From: Candidatus Amesbacteria bacterium
GTDB lineage: Bacteria; Patescibacteriota; Microgenomatia; CAZETR01; Amesbacteraceae
DNA length: 64,000 bases
NCBI GenBank assembly: GCA_963736875.1
Contig: CAVTQH010000003.1
Coordinates: forward strand, 65,756 to 129,755
Direction of reading: 5' to 3'
Shown here: positions 61,282 through 64,000 of the stretch, one piece after another
Layout: each line of letters begins with the position of its first letter
Numbering within the stretch: the stretch's first letter is position 1
Made by a program: the position numbers and the translations under genes
The notes under the pieces: model-generated
Database searches by the model: none
Seen by the model: only the letters and a program-made list of their open reading frames with translations
Told to the model about the DNA's origin: nothing

Positions 61282-62563
61282 TCAGTTGCTTTTATATATT
61301 ATTTTTTGATCCTTTTTAACATTTTTACTTTGATTTTCGAATAAATCCGGATTGTAAACCGGACCGGGATTTTCCTTTATTAATTGTTGAATATATTTTT
61401 CAGGATTTTGAGATAACCGGTGGAACATTCTATCAAAGTATCTTATTTCGTCTCTCGTTAAAAGAGATTTATCATAATTTTTATCGAATTCGCTCATCGA
61501 CCAGAACATAAAGAAGGTGGCGAAAGTTTCATTTATTGTTCCGTAAGATGCATAAGGATCCAATCTGATTTTTCTGTTTTGTATTTCACCCCAAAGTTGC
61601 GGATCCCTGTCCCAGACAGGCCAAGCTGCTTTACCAGGGTTAGAAATTACGAGTTCTTCAGATGTTTGTTTGCCGAGGTCACCCCATTGAGTTAAATAGT
61701 CACGATAAGCCACCAGCTTCCATCCATTCACTTTAGCAAATGAGGATAAAATCGGATGGTATGTATCCAGAGGAATCCCTCCGAAAATTGACATACCTGA
61801 AGCGTAATAATCGATTTTTGGATCATGGTTTGCTTTAACTTCTGTGGCGTACTCTTTTACTCCATGACCTCCCAATTCGTGAATGGTTATTTGTTTAAGC
61901 CTTTCTCCGTAGGTAGTCCAAGGATAATCTACCCGGTTGTTAGGTTTTAAGCCAATTTCATTTAAACTGGCCTCACTTAACACAGGTAAAAAATTTGAAT
62001 CATTTGTAACCGGGGGTAATGTTCTCTTGGGGATTACAATCTGACAGAGTTAATGTAGCTGCGGATATTTTACTTAAATATATATCTTGAGGGTATTTGG
62101 GGTATTTTGAAGGATCGAGAAAATATTCCCAATTATGTCCCCACATTCCACCTCCTCCAATGGCGTCGCTGGATTTGTCCCTGAATGGAATTAGAAGCTG
62201 TACGTATGTTCCAACAGAGGGTATTCCTGTTAGGGAATCTCTGATTAAGATAGCCTCCTCCTTGGTGATTTCCGTGTTTTTTTCTCCTGTTCCACACCTC
62301 TGAATCCGGTTATTTGAATCAAAGCAAACCTCGTTCTTAATAAATTCGCCTTCTGTCGAGGGTATGTAAACACCGTTATTAATCCTGATCTGCTCAAGAA
62401 TATCAGCCAGAATTTCATCCTGATCAGTACTAAAGGCGTTAGTTGACTCAGGAGTTTTCATTGCGATCAGGGCAGCACAGCCTGCAGCCAAACCCAGTTC
62501 AATAAACTGCCGCCGGCCTATCTTAATTTGTCCGGAGGCAGATTCCTTTTCATTAATTGGCAT
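61282..62563 (-). CDS. Tat-signal secreted zinc metalloprotease (HExxH), two ORFs probably joined by a 1-nt homopolymer indel
   Basis: Upstream ORF (62563-62000) starts 'GRRQFIELGLAAGCAALIA' (twin-arginine signal). Downstream ORF (61983-61282) carries 'IHELGGHGV'. Removing one C from the CCCCC run at 62014-62018 (minus-strand sense) reads through as '...NITPVTNDSNFLPVLSEASLNEI'. Confidence 0.5.
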
Positions 62564-62632
62564 ATTGTTTCTATTTAAGGCCCTATTTTAGCATATGTGT
62601 ATATTAATTTCAAAGTCTAAAATCATGATTGA

Positions 62633-63253
62633 TTGATTAATATAATATGTTTATTATTAGTGGTGATGAGTATTCCAGGTCGTGTGACAAATGAGGAGAT
62701 TGATTCAAATGTTAAGAACAAAAAGAATCCCAAAAGAACAGCACTAAAGGTTGTGCTTTCATTGATAATATTATTTTTGGGATTTATCGGGTATATTTAT
62801 TTTAGGAATATAAAGTCTGCCTCTGTAGGGTATAACAATATTCAGAAATCGATATTAAATAAGAAAATTGCAGGTTACGATATAAGATTGGTAAAATTTT
62901 TTTTTAGTACAAAAAAAATAACAGAGGAACAAATAATTAACCTGGCGAAAAATAATTGTTATGAAAATAAGGTTGTTCGATATCCGGGTAGCGTTCAATA
63001 CTACGATACCTATATTAGAAATATGAATAACAGGTTTTTGTCAAAGTTAGGTTTAGATTCAAAAAAAGCAGAGGGAATTTTATACTATTATCAAAAAGTC
63101 CCGGAGACTGATCAATGCTGGTTGATTTGGGCGTTTGGCACAAACGGTTATGGAATTGTGGGTTATGACGACAGAAACAGCGAAATTAAGATATTTCATT
63201 CGGTTTTAAATAAAGAAGTATTAAATAAAATCATGCAGCAAATAAATAAATGA
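62633..63253 (+). CDS. hypothetical membrane-anchored protein in an AT-rich block
   Basis: 206-aa ORF, Lys/Asn/Ile-rich, two N-terminal hydrophobic segments. Local composition is much more AT-rich than the window average. Confidence 0.35.
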   Translation: MINIICLLLVVMSIPGRVTNEEIDSNVKNKKNPKRTALKVVLSLIILFLGFIGYIYFRNIKSASVGYNNIQKSILNKKIAGYDIRLVKFFFSTKKITEEQIINLAKNNCYENKVVRYPGSVQYYDTYIRNMNNRFLSKLGLDSKKAEGILYYYQKVPETDQCWLIWAFGTNGYGIVGYDDRNSEIKIFHSVLNKEVLNKIMQQINK

Positions 63254-64000
63254 AGCAATATAAGAATTTTTTAAAAGTGCTGTTATTGTTGTTGGTACTC
63301 TTTTATATATTTTCCGTTAAGAAAATTGCTGCGCAAAGTTGTTATTGCGGTGGTACTTATTGTTTTGCTGAATGTACGTTTTGTTCTCCCTATCCGCAAA
63401 ATCAATATTCCGCATACCGGTATCTCGGACCACATGGGGGATGCACCGACGGGATGATGTGTCATTACGGACCCGGAGGGGGAATGAATATCGCTAATTG
63501 TGAATCATTGACCTGGGAGACTGATATCCTGTGCGGAAGTTGTACCGATGGTTACTACTGGGACGCTAATCAGGCGATTGATTTAAATTATTTCGATTCG
63601 TGGATGTGTCTTGATTACAATATGTGCGCTGGGGGGGGTGAACCAGGATGTTATCCAAGGCAGGAGCGGGGATGTGGCGCAAACGGGTGCCAGGATGATA
63701 TGCAGTATTTTTCACAATGGTGCCCGAGTGGTACGACTTATTGGTGTGATTCACCTGTCTCGCCTCGTATTTGTTCGTGCGAATCCGGGATTGGCTTAAG
63801 GAGGATAGAATATAACGATAGCAGTTCACTGGGAGGATTGAGCAGTTATTCCTACCGAAGGAGCGACGTTTCCTTGGATGGCAGCAATCGGGGTGTAGTG
63901 AATTATGAGAGTCATTTTGAACCAAGTGATGACGGCACTTGTGACGGAGAAACAAGCCAGCGCAGGATGAGTTGGGGAGGATTAATCTACGATCAAACAG
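63250..64000 (+). CDS. secreted Cys-rich protein (3'-partial; absent from the supplied ORF track because no stop is reached)
   Basis: ATG 63250 overlaps the upstream stop (ATGA). Signal peptide 'MKQYKNFLKVLLLLLVLFYIFSVKKIAAQ'. 250 codons to the window end with no stop, ~30 Cys with (CxxC, C..C) spacing and Gly/Tyr/Trp-rich. Confidence 0.5.
   Translation, partial: MKQYKNFLKVLLLLLVLFYIFSVKKIAAQSCYCGGTYCFAECTFCSPYPQNQYSAYRYLGPHGGCTDGMMCHYGPGGGMNIANCESLTWETDILCGSCTDGYYWDANQAIDLNYFDSWMCLDYNMCAGGGEPGCYPRQERGCGANGCQDDMQYFSQWCPSGTTYWCDSPVSPRICSCESGIGLRRIEYNDSSSLGGLSSYSYRRSDVSLDGSNRGVVNYESHFEPSDDGTCDGETSQRRMSWGGLIYDQT

Overview
The window looks like a low-GC, small-genome bacterium (Patescibacteria/CPR-like). 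Core housekeeping genes are densely packed: ftsH 3' end, 5'-3' exonuclease, mutM, recF, nnr, pcm, pth, trxA/trxB, CTP synthase, rpsA, radA, rho, and a scattered peptidoglycan set (murA, B, C, D, E, F, mraY, alr). Several glycosyltransferases are present: two GT39/ArnT-like and one GT4.

The main structural feature is an unlinked rRNA locus. The 16S gene is followed by its own rho-independent terminator. A ~7.4-kb protein-coding segment follows: a small coiled-coil protein, an 854-aa secreted protein, a marR-macA-macB-like efflux cluster with a heavily frameshifted ATPase and permease. Only after that come tRNA-Ala(TGC), 23S and 5S. The 23S carries a 298-nt ORF-less group I intron at the position equivalent to E. 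coli U2500|C2501. Its internal guide sequence pairs with the 5' exon end, including the U-G wobble, and it ends in G.

Other notable observations:
- A 28-nt array of four ATTTTCA-like heptamers recurs in the same chromosomal orientation. It sits in-frame inside four unrelated CDSs (pcm, alr, a PP-loop gene, murE). A fifth copy lies in the intergenic region between two consensus DnaA boxes.
- A sortase gene sits beside two secreted substrates with a non-canonical ...ASASAV[SA]K[MS]NP[DE][TA]G sorting signal.
- A DsbA-family gene has its two thioredoxin-fold halves in reversed order, either circularly permuted or split.
- CdaA and CdaR are fused into one ORF.
- Additional singletons are a standalone GreA N-terminal-domain protein, an isopentenyl-phosphate-kinase-like gene, an ATP-dependent DNA ligase, and a partial Cys-rich secreted protein running off the 3' end (absent from the supplied ORF track).

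Many genes carry single-base frameshifts at G/C/A homopolymers (GT39, ligase, murC, metalloprotease, macB). These may be assembly errors rather than biology.
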